61,783 bases of DNA from an uncultured virus (IMG/VR IMGVR_UViG_3300033153_014157) (IMGVR_UViG_3300033153_014157), one strand, 5' to 3'. Shown: positions 10,504 to 21,199, counted from the stretch's first letter. Numbers and translations: made by a program. The notes: generated by a model not told the origin, from the letters alone.

Positions 10504-12715
10504 GATCATTTATTTGCGATTAGAGAATTTCAGGCAATATCGTGGAGTCCACGAGGTATATTTTTCAAGCGGATTGAATTTGATACAAGGGCACAATGAT
10601 GCTGGAAAGAGCGGAATGTTGCTTGCAATGTTGTTTGCACTATACAAGTATATGGGGGGAAATAGATCCGCTATTGGATTCATTAGTGACGGATTGACTA
10701 GAATGAGCGTGACATTAGATTATCAAAACGCTCATACCGGCAAGATATATAGAGTTACGAGAACGGTAACTGACAAAAAATATGGCTTTACATTTAGTGA
10801 AAAGATAAACGATGAATTTCACGTATTGTTATCATCAGCAGACAAGTCAAGCGAAAATGATCTTGTTAATAAGATAGCGGAAACTACTAGAATTAATAAG
10901 AATGGATTCATATCACTTGCTTACACGGAACAGAAAACATTTTACCAAATAGTTAGAGGCGGGGCTGGCGTTAGAAAGATGCTTGATGGACTATTAGGGA
11001 TTGATGCATCTAACGTGTTACGCGAATTAGTGACAGAGATAATAAAAGAAAACTCTGTTGATGAAACCAGCAAAAAGGAATTAGAAGAACGAATAAACGA
11101 CATAAAGAATGATATAGCAGAGATAGAACGCAGGCTCACTAAAAAAAGAAATGAATTAAAGATAATAACAGGCAAATTAAAGAAACAAGATTCGAGATTG
11201 ATGTCATACAATAAGGTGATTAAAAAAATAGAGTCCTTAATGACGGATTTTGAAGTATTCGTTAGTAAGGACGATGAAATAAAATCTCTAATATCAGTAG
11301 TGTCAAACGTGTATCAAAAACAATTAAAAGAAATTATAAAAGAACACGGTTCAGAAAAACAAATGTCAAAAAGAATGGAAGAAATTAAACGAGAGATTGA
11401 TGATCTAGATGCATATTTGAACAGTGCGCGTAAACGATTGGATGGACTGAAAATAGAATTAGGCGGGATCAGTTCAGATAAACAAAGAATACAAGAAGAA
11501 CTAAACGAATTTGCTAGGTTAAAAGCGGGCGCTAAATGTCCTACTTGTGCACGAGTCGTTCCTAAAATACATCTAGAGAAACACGTAAAAGAACTGCGAG
11601 AGAAGTCAAACTCAATAAATGCCGCTCACGATAGAATCCAAACAGAAATTAATGAACTATCCATGACAATAGAAGCAAAAAGTAAAAGTCGAGAAGAATT
11701 GAGCTTGGAACATTCGCGAATTGTCGGAATAGTGGATAACATTGAACGAATAAAGGCAGACATTAAGAAACAACGTAAAAAAATATCCGAGTCTATAATG
11801 GCATTTAAAAATTCGGTGATGGATTTTTTTAACAATAAATTTACCACGTTATTAGCAGAGTTGAATGAATCGGTTGCAGATAACAATGAATTGATGGATG
11901 TCATAAAGAATATAAGTTCAGACGATGCTGTTTCGATAATGAGTGCCTGTGAAAAAATACGAACGGAGAATCCAGACTACAAGAAACATGTCGTGCCGGT
12001 CATAATGGAATTGTTTGGCGGCGAACTAATGTCAAGTATCAAGATGGCATTAAACGAATGTGAGTCGCACAAAGACATCATTGAACGTGATTTGATCGAG
12101 AAAAAGGCACGATTGAGTCCGTTATCAATTGAAATACGAGAATTGAACTCGGATAAAGACAAGCGGTCGATCCTATTACGTGGATTAAGCGATAGATTGG
12201 CAAAAATAAACGATATATTGAAACGCATGTCTTATTGGAAAGCAAATCAATCGATGATGAACGTGATCACGGAAAAAGTTAGAAAAGTAAAGCTAGAAGT
12301 TCTCGCAAAAAAGACATTTGAAATGTATGAACGATTAATATCAAGATCATTCTATAAAGACATGAAAATTAGTGAAGGGGATTATTCCTTATTAGTGAAA
12401 TCAAAAAACGGAATAGTTGATGAGTTCTTTCCCGCAAAGGTCAGGGCTGGTGGTGGAAATGAAACGATAATGGCACTGTCAGAAAGAATAGCGTTAGTTC
12501 AGTTGTTAGGATACAATGGAGTGCTAATGTTTGATGAGCCGACTGATGCTACAGATTCAGATAATCTGAATACATTGGTAGAAGGAATATTATCAATAAA
12601 TGATGACTTTCAACAAATTTTCCTAATAACTCATCACGGAATCGCTTTAGAACACGCAAGAAACACCATATCGCTACTTTATGATGAAGAGCGAAATTCG
12701 ACAATCATCAATTGA
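10496..12715 (+). CDS. rad50: Rad50/SbcC SMC-like ATPase
   Basis: LENFRQY, GHNDAGKS Walker A, coiled coils with central CPTC zinc hook, AGGG signature variant, FDEPT Walker B, ITH. Confidence 0.93.
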   Translation: MFKIIYLRLENFRQYRGVHEVYFSSGLNLIQGHNDAGKSGMLLAMLFALYKYMGGNRSAIGFISDGLTRMSVTLDYQNAHTGKIYRVTRTVTDKKYGFTFSEKINDEFHVLLSSADKSSENDLVNKIAETTRINKNGFISLAYTEQKTFYQIVRGGAGVRKMLDGLLGIDASNVLRELVTEIIKENSVDETSKKELEERINDIKNDIAEIERRLTKKRNELKIITGKLKKQDSRLMSYNKVIKKIESLMTDFEVFVSKDDEIKSLISVVSNVYQKQLKEIIKEHGSEKQMSKRMEEIKREIDDLDAYLNSARKRLDGLKIELGGISSDKQRIQEELNEFARLKAGAKCPTCARVVPKIHLEKHVKELREKSNSINAAHDRIQTEINELSMTIEAKSKSREELSLEHSRIVGIVDNIERIKADIKKQRKKISESIMAFKNSVMDFFNNKFTTLLAELNESVADNNELMDVIKNISSDDAVSIMSACEKIRTENPDYKKHVVPVIMELFGGELMSSIKMALNECESHKDIIERDLIEKKARLSPLSIEIRELNSDKDKRSILLRGLSDRLAKINDILKRMSYWKANQSMMNVITEKVRKVKLEVLAKKTFEMYERLISRSFYKDMKISEGDYSLLVKSKNGIVDEFFPAKVRAGGGNETIMALSERIALVQLLGYNGVLMFDEPTDATDSDNLNTLVEGILSINDDFQQIFLITHHGIALEHARNTISLLYDEERNSTIIN

Positions 12716-12797
12716 ATGCCGCTAATTTTTATTATTAAACAAGTTATTTTATATCAAGATCATTCTTAAAGGCTGTAATTTTACTTGGAGGTCTTAC

Positions 12798-13346
12798 GTG
12801 TCAGAATACGATTCAGATGAAAGTAAACAAGATATCATCACAAATATTGATGATATAAGGCGTGAATTCGTTGAAATGGTCGCTGGTAGTTTCGTTGAAT
12901 TAGAAATAAAGTTTAGCCAGCCATTAAATAGGGTGCGCGGATGGTTGCATAGGATATATAGCGTTGGATGCGGGCATTTTTGGATGATAGAAGACTTGGA
13001 AGGCAACTTTATATTCGTGAATCAACAGCACATAAACACGTTGTGGATAAACTTGTCAATGGGGCGAAGAAAAAACATAAAGTCAATAGAATCGTTTAGA
13101 GAAAAAATTGTCGTACTAAGGATTCGTAAAGGGATCAAAAGTGTCACTAAGGTGACGGGAGAGATTTTGAATATAATCCCGTTGTCTAATATTGAGGCAA
13201 TGTGGTTAATAAGAACGAAAAATAAGAGAGTTGATGGTAAGATCTTCGTTCATCAAGATGCCGTCATAAATTTCATGATGGATAAAATAGATGCCGAGGT
13301 TTCTTCAACCACTAAAGAAACAGGATTGTGGGATATAGATGCCTAA
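12798..13346 (+). CDS. hypothetical protein with two repeated small beta domains
   Basis: Internal repeat (V.GW/GE...W.I....IFV.Q..I/V); lies between rad50 and priL. Confidence 0.65.
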   Translation: MSEYDSDESKQDIITNIDDIRREFVEMVAGSFVELEIKFSQPLNRVRGWLHRIYSVGCGHFWMIEDLEGNFIFVNQQHINTLWINLSMGRRKNIKSIESFREKIVVLRIRKGIKSVTKVTGEILNIIPLSNIEAMWLIRTKNKRVDGKIFVHQDAVINFMMDKIDAEVSSTTKETGLWDIDA

Positions 13347-14499
13347 CATGGAGTTACTTATCAAGGAGATAAATTTTACAATTCTTCGCGACAAGATGAG
13401 TTCTTTAGACAAACAAATACAGAATAATGAATTCGAGAAAATTGATAAAAGCATTTCAGAATTAGTTCGCGGTCGATTTCTATACATATCAAAAACTTTG
13501 CACTACGACAGATTGGTATTGCTATTACAATTACTTTTTTCGAGTTATTTTGGTAGAGTCGTTGAGTATTTAGCAAATACACATCCGAGTCTTAATCCAG
13601 TTACTGTAGCACCTAGATATAGGCATTATTTTTACGTGACACGCTACTGTTTGGTTGCCGGTCTTCCAGTAACATATTATAACGATAACAAACTATACAT
13701 ATCACCTGTTAGCATTAAAAAAAGTGATAAAAACATAAATGAAACAGTGTTTGACATGTCTACAGGATTGTCTTCAGCATTCTTATTATTAAAAATAATA
13801 TACGAAAAAGTAATTAAAAGAACAAAAGAAAGAAGTAGAAACAAGTCTGAGTATGAAGAGCGAATGCGGGACTTTTTTAACGAGTTCAATGATGATAATG
13901 AATTAACACGAAATCTGATAAAGCGGTTTAAAATTGTTGAACGTAGGGTAATGCAACAACAAAAGTCCAAGAGCCGTTTTAAAAAACAAGCCCCACAATT
14001 CCATGAACGCGTTAAATCATTTGAGGAAATGTCATCATACATGACATTAGAAGATGAGAAAAAGAAATACATCCATGACGAGATAAATAACTCGATCCTG
14101 CGTGGATATGTTGGTGCGCCGTGCCTTGCGAGAATCATAATTAGAATGATAGATCCAGAGATTGAGGTCGGTCATTTCGAACGAGTCGTATTGCTAAGTG
14201 TTTTGCAAGCATTTCATGATAACTCAGAGATTCACGCGATATTTAAAAAATACCTGCAAGATTATGATGAGAAAAGAACTAATTATTTTCTCAATTATTC
14301 TAGAGAGCGGTTCTCGATTCCAAATAATTGTACTGGCGTGATAAAAAAGGATTTGTGCGTGTGCCAATTGAGCCCCGAAGAGTATGATGGAAGAGTCGTG
14401 AAGGGATGTTGTGGAACTACAGTATATCGCGAAATACCAGAATTACCAGACGAGATCAAAAAGAAGTTAGATGAACTGTTTTCGGGGAAATTATCATGA
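13339..14499 (+). CDS. priL: DNA primase large subunit (Fe-S)
   Basis: APCL..., GHFERVVL, QDYDEKRTNY, PNNC...LC: PriL C-terminal Fe-S domain; overlaps the priS start. Confidence 0.85.
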   Translation: MPNMELLIKEINFTILRDKMSSLDKQIQNNEFEKIDKSISELVRGRFLYISKTLHYDRLVLLLQLLFSSYFGRVVEYLANTHPSLNPVTVAPRYRHYFYVTRYCLVAGLPVTYYNDNKLYISPVSIKKSDKNINETVFDMSTGLSSAFLLLKIIYEKVIKRTKERSRNKSEYEERMRDFFNEFNDDNELTRNLIKRFKIVERRVMQQQKSKSRFKKQAPQFHERVKSFEEMSSYMTLEDEKKKYIHDEINNSILRGYVGAPCLARIIIRMIDPEIEVGHFERVVLLSVLQAFHDNSEIHAIFKKYLQDYDEKRTNYFLNYSRERFSIPNNCTGVIKKDLCVCQLSPEEYDGRVVKGCCGTTVYREIPELPDEIKKKLDELFSGKLS

Positions 14500-15524
14500 A
14501 AATAATGGATGTTGATGAAATCAGAATGCGTTTTAAAAACGCTGGTAGCAAGAATGATAAAAAGATAATAATAGAAGACACGCTAGAAACGCTGAGATAT
14601 AGATTACGAGAATATTATTCTGGACAATATTTCAAAAGAATAAGCACGGAATATTTAAAACGATTATACGGCGCGAATTTTGGATCGGTAGAAGTATTTA
14701 GACGGAATTTGCCAAAGATTGAGTTCGCCTTTTCGACACTTAATCGTCAAAATTTAATAGAAGTGATAGCAAGACATAAAAAACCAAAGATCACGACAAG
14801 ATGGAAATTTTTTGACACGATCAATGATTTCTTTAGTTACTGTACGAATGTCGTTCCGTTTGCAATATTTGTCGGCGCAATATATGTGGAAGATATTGAA
14901 GGCAAAAAAGTCCCACGATTTAGACCGCTTTCATTTGATTTTGATTACAATAATTGGAAAGAGGTGGTACCGTGGGCATTAGTGATGTCGTTCATGATGT
15001 CATTCATATTTGACGTGCACGAGTTCATGGCATTTTTCTCTGGTCGTGCTGGAATACATCTTTATCCATTAACAAAAACAGAATTGATTAGAGCGTGTGA
15101 ACGTAACAAGGTGATACGTGAAGCGTTCTCTGACTCAATCGCCATGCCATACACGTATTTCAACGTCATGCCTAAGATGTTTTTGGTAATAGACAAGATC
15201 TTAAAGAAAAAGAAAGAAATAATTGAAACTCTATTTTTTGATAATAACGCGTGTGGCATAGAATATGAGTTGTTAATATCGGATGATGAATTAAACAAGG
15301 TAATGAATGACCCAACAGTGCTAATAGGTGGAAATAAGCCCACAAAGAAGTTTCTAAGCAAGTTTTTTCCACCAATAAGTAATCCCCGAATGTACGACAA
15401 AGTAGTGACGAAAGATATAAAGCGTATAATACGATTACCACCTTCAATGCATGCGACAACATTCGAAACCGTTAAGCCATTCTTGGTTAATGGAGAACGA
15501 GTATTTGAGATAAAAACAAGGTAA
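14496..15524 (+). CDS. priS: DNA primase small (catalytic) subunit
   Basis: AEP motifs SFDFD, FSGRAGIH, DKVVTKDIKRIIRLPPSMH. Confidence 0.92.
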   Translation: MKIMDVDEIRMRFKNAGSKNDKKIIIEDTLETLRYRLREYYSGQYFKRISTEYLKRLYGANFGSVEVFRRNLPKIEFAFSTLNRQNLIEVIARHKKPKITTRWKFFDTINDFFSYCTNVVPFAIFVGAIYVEDIEGKKVPRFRPLSFDFDYNNWKEVVPWALVMSFMMSFIFDVHEFMAFFSGRAGIHLYPLTKTELIRACERNKVIREAFSDSIAMPYTYFNVMPKMFLVIDKILKKKKEIIETLFFDNNACGIEYELLISDDELNKVMNDPTVLIGGNKPTKKFLSKFFPPISNPRMYDKVVTKDIKRIIRLPPSMHATTFETVKPFLVNGERVFEIKTR

Positions 15525-15803
15525 ATGCGTGTTGTTATTAAAATGCCATTTTACGTGTACCTGATATTATGCAATGATGGTAGTTTCTACTGTGGTTATA
15601 CCGGCGATCCGAAGAGAAGATTAATAGAACACGATTCTGGAAGGGGCGCAAAATACACGGCGCGAAAAGGCATCAGGGAAATGCGAGTAGTAAAACAGTT
15701 TTATAGCATTTCATCAGCAATGCGATTTGAACGTCTTGTAAAAAGAAAAAGTAGATCATACAAAAAAGATCTATTCAAGCTAGGATTGAAAGTCACGGTT
15801 TGA
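15525..15803 (+). CDS. GIY-YIG nuclease
   Basis: FYVYLILCNDGSFYCGYT..P.RRL.EH..G.GAKYT...A.RFE..VK. Confidence 0.92.
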   Translation: MRVVIKMPFYVYLILCNDGSFYCGYTGDPKRRLIEHDSGRGAKYTARKGIREMRVVKQFYSISSAMRFERLVKRKSRSYKKDLFKLGLKVTV

Positions 15804-18279
15804 CAGATTTTAACTTGAAATATTTGCCCTTTCGCAACAGTATCTTTTTTTCATGAAGATATTCGAGAGCGCGCTCTACAATTATCGGGTTCATTATCAA
15901 GGTGTTTACGATGTCTTGAACACTGATTGGTTCATTCACGTGCCTTCTCATGAACTCTAACACTTCTTTTATGTCATCATTTAATTCATCAGTGATTCCT
16001 TTTTTCGCATTCTTACCGTTTCCAATTGTTGATAATCGTTTCTTTAATTCATTTCGTTCATTTTTTAATTCCTTTAGCTTTTTCTTGAGTTTTCTGGTCA
16101 ATCCAAGCTCTTTTTCATTCGTGTTTATGATTTTCTGAAGCCCGTTAATCCGCAATTGCAATTTCTTGTTTTCAGTGATTAACGATTCAACTCGTTCATC
16201 AGTAACGTTGCCGTTTGTTTGAATTGATAATAACGAACTAACTTTATGTTGCAATTCGGCATTTTTTCGTTCTAAATTATCAATTAGCGTTTCATATCTT
16301 GATATTTCCATTTTCGTTCCGTGTTTAATCTCATTTATCTTGTTCTTCAATTCAGTGATTAATTCTGAATCATCTGAATTTGAACGTAGTGAACGTTTTC
16401 TTTCTAGCTCTAATTCGTCAATAATTCTTTTTGCCTCTCTTAACTCGTCGAGCGTTTTTGTAGCCAGATCTCCGAGCCTTTTATTTTCATTCCTGAGTTC
16501 TATGACTTCATTGAGAAGTTTTTCGTGGTCTGCCAGTAATTCAGTATATTTCGAATCTATGTTTTCGGATATGTCTGAATTTCTTGTATCAACAGAACCG
16601 TCATCACTGACAAGATCGTGCAATTCGTCTTCAACGACATATTTTTCGTATAATTCATCATTTTCTTTCTTTAGAGCAGCTATATTGGCGTTTAATTCAT
16701 CAATTCGCTCCTTTAATACGAAATTCTCATCAGATAATTTTCTTAATTTTTCGTTTAATGAATGTATCATTTTAGATGCACTCTTAAGACGACTTGATAC
16801 CATGTCACTTACTTGCTGTTTTCCGAGAGCGGCATACCCTCCACCAAAAATAGAGAACGTTCTTTTTATCAACTTTTTATCAGTAATTTCGTTAAATATC
16901 TGCGTGTTTTCACTACGTGCTAGATGTATGGAGTGTGCTGGTCGCGTCTTTATCAGTCGCGGTTCGTATGGTCCTTTAAGACAATAAAAACATTGTCCAG
17001 TAGTTAGCATTTTCAAGTCAATCTTTAATTTTTTGACGTTTGCTGGGCACGGAAGTATTTCTATTGCCGAGTCGATCTCTCGCTTGGTAGTTAGATTGTG
17101 TAAGAACAGCACTCCCAATTGCGTCAGGACGGTCGTATTTAATAGTTCTGGTTGTTGCGATATCCCAATGAAGCTTAACCCTATACCGCGTCCCTCTTTT
17201 ATGTATTTTATTAAACCCTCACTACTGACGGCTTTACCTCGATGTCTAGGCATGTATGTATGGAATTCCTCTAAGACGAGAAATGTTGGTGGTATTATGT
17301 CTTCTTCATTAATATCATCTTTTATTTCTCCCATTTCCTTGTGTTTCAAGATCGAGTCTGTTCGCTTTCGTTCTTGGTATAATGCCTCACTGAAGAACGC
17401 CGTGAGTAATGTAGCAATCTTATCACCAGATTGGCTAACATCTATTACTGACGTTATATTAGGTGCTACGATGTCAGATAGCGCGATTCCCTCGTTATTA
17501 AATAATCCCAAGTCTTCCGCGAATTCAAGCTTGCTAATAACGGCATCTTTAGTCGAGTCTTTATATTTTTGAAAGCCAGAGATAGTGTTGATTAAATCAT
17601 CTATACCGTAGTTATCTATGCCCGCATCAATAACTCGGTTTATTGCGGTTTTCATGCATCGTGCTTGAGTATCCATTAAATTCCATTCGAAGATCTGGCA
17701 CCACGCATCGAACGGAATCTGGTTTGGACGCAGCGAAATCAAATAATCGTAGGTGCCCTTCACTACTTTGCGTGCATCACAAGCAGGAATAAACACGCGG
17801 ACGTGGTTTTTAAAACCCATTGGCTTCACGACATCTTCGAAGCCAGAAATCTCGTCATCATTAGTATTCTGATATTTCAGGCTGAAATATACTCCCATCT
17901 TGTCTAATATTACTGCCGCAACGTTGGTGTTTTGTTTAATGATTTCTTCAATTATAACTCGTGATGTATATGACTTTCCGCTACCACGTTTTCCGAGTAT
18001 CACGAAAACTTCAGAATTTGTAAGATCTAGTAGAGCCTTCTCGTCTTTAGCAAGGATCGGCTTGCGCTCGTCATCACCAGTGACTTCGTGGTCTATTATC
18101 GGAATTCCTATGAATCCTATTCCTCGTTCATCTTCTTTTTTTAGAATGCGTGGTGGCTGCGTGAATATCGGTTTCACGATTCTCGTGTCTTCAGATTCAT
18201 CAATGCTTACATTTGATGCCGATTCTTCGTTACTGATGGATGTGTTTTCTTTCACGTTTTCGGTTTCGTTTTTATCCAT
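15793..18279 (-). CDS. HerA/FtsK-superfamily ATPase with long C-terminal coiled coil and terminal wHTH
   Basis: ILGKRGSGKSYT, ILDKMG, LVLEEFH, KEGR, SQQP; ~270-aa heptad region; HTH-like end (ISVQDIVNTL...VERALEYL). Confidence 0.85.
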   Translation of the reverse strand: MDKNETENVKENTSISNEESASNVSIDESEDTRIVKPIFTQPPRILKKEDERGIGFIGIPIIDHEVTGDDERKPILAKDEKALLDLTNSEVFVILGKRGSGKSYTSRVIIEEIIKQNTNVAAVILDKMGVYFSLKYQNTNDDEISGFEDVVKPMGFKNHVRVFIPACDARKVVKGTYDYLISLRPNQIPFDAWCQIFEWNLMDTQARCMKTAINRVIDAGIDNYGIDDLINTISGFQKYKDSTKDAVISKLEFAEDLGLFNNEGIALSDIVAPNITSVIDVSQSGDKIATLLTAFFSEALYQERKRTDSILKHKEMGEIKDDINEEDIIPPTFLVLEEFHTYMPRHRGKAVSSEGLIKYIKEGRGIGLSFIGISQQPELLNTTVLTQLGVLFLHNLTTKREIDSAIEILPCPANVKKLKIDLKMLTTGQCFYCLKGPYEPRLIKTRPAHSIHLARSENTQIFNEITDKKLIKRTFSIFGGGYAALGKQQVSDMVSSRLKSASKMIHSLNEKLRKLSDENFVLKERIDELNANIAALKKENDELYEKYVVEDELHDLVSDDGSVDTRNSDISENIDSKYTELLADHEKLLNEVIELRNENKRLGDLATKTLDELREAKRIIDELELERKRSLRSNSDDSELITELKNKINEIKHGTKMEISRYETLIDNLERKNAELQHKVSSLLSIQTNGNVTDERVESLITENKKLQLRINGLQKIINTNEKELGLTRKLKKKLKELKNERNELKKRLSTIGNGKNAKKGITDELNDDIKEVLEFMRRHVNEPISVQDIVNTLIMNPIIVERALEYLHEKKILLRKGKYFKLKSVKP

Positions 18280-18413
18280 GTAGACACCAGAACTACTTTT
18301 TAAATTAAATATGTCAATTTTCTTAAAAAAACTGAGCTGGTCTATAGAGAAATGGTCGCGTGAAATAATTTAGTTTAAGTACTTTTTAAACATACTTAAC
18401 GTTAGGAAGTGGT

Positions 18414-19133
18414 ATGATGCAAAAAAGAATGAAAGAGCGATTATTAATATTTGTTGACGACCGAGAGGTTCGCTCTAATGTGATTGACGAGTTCGAGGCA
18501 TATTCTTTAAAGATAAGACAGCCGATAAACATTGTCATAAAACGGTTAGAAGAAGGAGATTATATATGTGGCGACAACATGATAGAGCGAATAGATGTAA
18601 GAGAGTTTAAAAACAAGCTTGTAGATGGGCGGCTAGAAACGCAATTACAAAAATATACAACGGTCAAACATAAATGCACGATGATCGTTGTAGGAGATGG
18701 TGAAAAGAAGGTCAGAATTGGTGGCAAGATGATTCCTATAATTGATGGTAGGACGAGAAAAGCAATGGTCACGATGTTAGCAAAATACAACTCTTGCGGG
18801 ATAACAGCTTTACAATTAAAGAACACTAGAGAATTCGTTCAGTATTGCATGAGGCTTTTCATGTATGACATTATAAACAAGCCGAAGTATAAGATCGTTT
18901 CTAACATTCCAAAAAATGAAGAAACGACAATACGCATGTTAATGGGGATTCAGGGCATAGGTCAGGAGCTTGCCACATTGATTACTGAAAAATTCAAGAG
19001 TATGGAAGAACTCGTGCACGCAAGCGTTGAAGACTTGGCACTCGTGACATCACCAAAAACTGGATCAGTTGGTAAAAATAAAAACGTGAAAATGGCAAGA
19101 TTGATATATCAGGCACTAAGAAATGGTGTGTGA
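18414..19133 (+). CDS. XPF/ERCC4-family nuclease with HhH domain
   Basis: VDDRE, LEEGDY, IER, DGRL..Q and C-terminal GIQGIG...A HhH. Confidence 0.88.
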   Translation: MMQKRMKERLLIFVDDREVRSNVIDEFEAYSLKIRQPINIVIKRLEEGDYICGDNMIERIDVREFKNKLVDGRLETQLQKYTTVKHKCTMIVVGDGEKKVRIGGKMIPIIDGRTRKAMVTMLAKYNSCGITALQLKNTREFVQYCMRLFMYDIINKPKYKIVSNIPKNEETTIRMLMGIQGIGQELATLITEKFKSMEELVHASVEDLALVTSPKTGSVGKNKNVKMARLIYQALRNGV

Positions 19134-19723
19134 AAATGTCTAGGAAGATAAAAAAGATTCTGATTTCTAAAGAAGAATTGGATGATGCGATAAATTATTT
19201 CAATAAAAGCATATCGGATATTGCCGATGAGCTAAATGTGGATAAATATACCATATTAAAAATCGCGCGCTCGCATGGATTAGACGTTGATAAAGACGTT
19301 CAAAAGACTGAAATTAAATGTAAATTTCCTGTAAAAAATGTGTCAACTACCAGTAAAAAATTTGTAAATTTACTAAAAAAATTGGAGGCGTGTGGCATAA
19401 CATACGATGCGAGGCATCATGATGCATTAATTCAGGGCTCGGCGAGTGAAGGCTTGAAACAATTCGTGGTAAAATCTATCATTTTTTACATTCTTAGAGG
19501 AAAAAAACACGACATATTTACCGAAACAAAGGTGCAAGGCGAAATAATAAACGTGCTAGACGTTACGACAGAAACGTGTTATAAAATAATAAACGCACAG
19601 AAATTGAAAAGAAGTTCGCCAGAAAAGCAGGGATCGACAAAGTTTAATGAAATAATAATAGATCCAGAAGACTTACCTGACGATATAAATGAAATAAAAA
19701 AACAGTTAGAATTACGTGTTTAG
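19130..19723 (+). CDS. HTH protein with a possibly degenerate PD-(D/E)XK-like C-terminus
   Basis: SISDIADELNVDKYTI HTH; C-terminal IFTE...INVLD...YKI. Confidence 0.55.
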   Translation: MKMSRKIKKILISKEELDDAINYFNKSISDIADELNVDKYTILKIARSHGLDVDKDVQKTEIKCKFPVKNVSTTSKKFVNLLKKLEACGITYDARHHDALIQGSASEGLKQFVVKSIIFYILRGKKHDIFTETKVQGEIINVLDVTTETCYKIINAQKLKRSSPEKQGSTKFNEIIIDPEDLPDDINEIKKQLELRV

Positions 19724-20188
19724 TACTTGTTGGCATTTTACGACATAAGGATTGTTGCGTAGCTTGTATAGAATAGATTCGAATGCACCTAATAACGTGA
19801 ACATGAAGTATTCTCGTGGATTCATTGATAAGAATTCTTCTGGCAGCTTGCGTTCGATTCCTTTTCGTTCCCGTTCGAAAAATCGAACAAGTCTTGACTT
19901 TGTTTTTTCTGACAGATTCTGCGTTTCGTAATTCTGTAGATAATACATGAGTGCAAGCACGTCATTTGTATTGTTAGTTTTTAGGATTCCGTCATCAATC
20001 ATCTTTTCTATCTTTTTTGTTATTAGTTTGGAAGCTCTAGTTAATGCAACGTGTTCATAATGGTCTTGAAGCCTTGCGATTTTATTGATAGCCCTGATTT
20101 TTGATGTTTTAAGAGCCTCTAATTCTTTTTCTTCATTACGTTCCAACTTGACCACCAAATTCTTGATTAAGATTAGAACAAGAGCCAT
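19712..20188 (-). CDS. hypothetical protein
   Basis: 158-aa ORF. Confidence 0.6.
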   Translation of the reverse strand: MALVLILIKNLVVKLERNEEKELEALKTSKIRAINKIARLQDHYEHVALTRASKLITKKIEKMIDDGILKTNNTNDVLALMYYLQNYETQNLSEKTKSRLVRFFERERKGIERKLPEEFLSMNPREYFMFTLLGAFESILYKLRNNPYVVKCQQVLNT

Positions 20189-20259
20189 TAAAAATTCTTT
20201 CGTTAAATACTAGATCATTGCAAAACAATTATTAGTAATGTGATTTAATTTTCAACGAG

Positions 20260-20730
20260 GTGTTTGTATTGGATTACGAAAAGATTACTTCATTGTTAGT
20301 TACACTTAATTTCATCATCACGATATTGTTATTTTTATCGTCAATAATTTTGGGCATTCTTTCGACAACGCAAATATCACAGGCATCGACATTGATATTA
20401 GCATCTACTTTTACACTGTCTCCGACGCTACTGTTGCAGGGAATCTTCATGTTATTGTTCGGTTCTTATGTAAACGTGGAGTTCTTGATAAACACAACAA
20501 TATTCATATTATATGTCGTTAGGATTTTTCCATCAATTAACAAGAAGAAGATTTCGAAAAGAAAAGTTATAGAGCTAACAGTTTATGCTTGTATTTCGCT
20601 GTTGATAATTACGAACTGGTGGATAGCCGTAATGATGGCGATATTGACGAGCCTGACATGGATAGTTCACGTTAATGTTAGTGAATTTCGGGAAAAGAAA
20701 ATAGTTGCAAGAATCATTCCGGGGCGATGA
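20260..20730 (+). CDS. membrane protein
   Basis: Several hydrophobic segments. Confidence 0.65.
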   Translation: MFVLDYEKITSLLVTLNFIITILLFLSSIILGILSTTQISQASTLILASTFTLSPTLLLQGIFMLLFGSYVNVEFLINTTIFILYVVRIFPSINKKKISKRKVIELTVYACISLLIITNWWIAVMMAILTSLTWIVHVNVSEFREKKIVARIIPGR

Positions 20731-21199
20731 CTTGGTAGTAATAACATTCGAAAATGATGTCGTCAGGGCAACGATCACGTGCAATATCTCTGTGATGCTG
20801 AATACGAAAATTGGAGAATTTGAACTACAAATAGAAACGCGCGGGCGAAAAACGAAAAAAATCGGGCACAAATTTAGATTACCGATAGAAGAAATCGAAT
20901 ACGATGTAATAAAGTCTATTGAAATGCCGATAGCGATCCGCGGGCGCGGATTCATCGATTCCTGCATGATTAATGAGCACTTGATATTATTCGGAATGGA
21001 AGCAAACATAGAAATGAGTCCGCGAGCGAAAATATTGTATAACAAAAAAGAGATGGAATTCGCCGTGTTGATAGCCTGTGATGGAATAAACGCTCCGTAT
21101 AAATTCGTTCTACAAACAGATGACCAAAGCAGTGATGACATTATTGTTTCGGAAACGACAAATGCAATAATAGGTGGAATGGGCATTGCGTCTTCGTGA
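20705..21199 (+). CDS. hypothetical beta-rich protein
   Basis: Co-oriented with the upstream membrane gene; true start possibly ~20732. Confidence 0.6.
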   Translation: MQESFRGDDLVVITFENDVVRATITCNISVMLNTKIGEFELQIETRGRKTKKIGHKFRLPIEEIEYDVIKSIEMPIAIRGRGFIDSCMINEHLILFGMEANIEMSPRAKILYNKKEMEFAVLIACDGINAPYKFVLQTDDQSSDDIIVSETTNAIIGGMGIASS

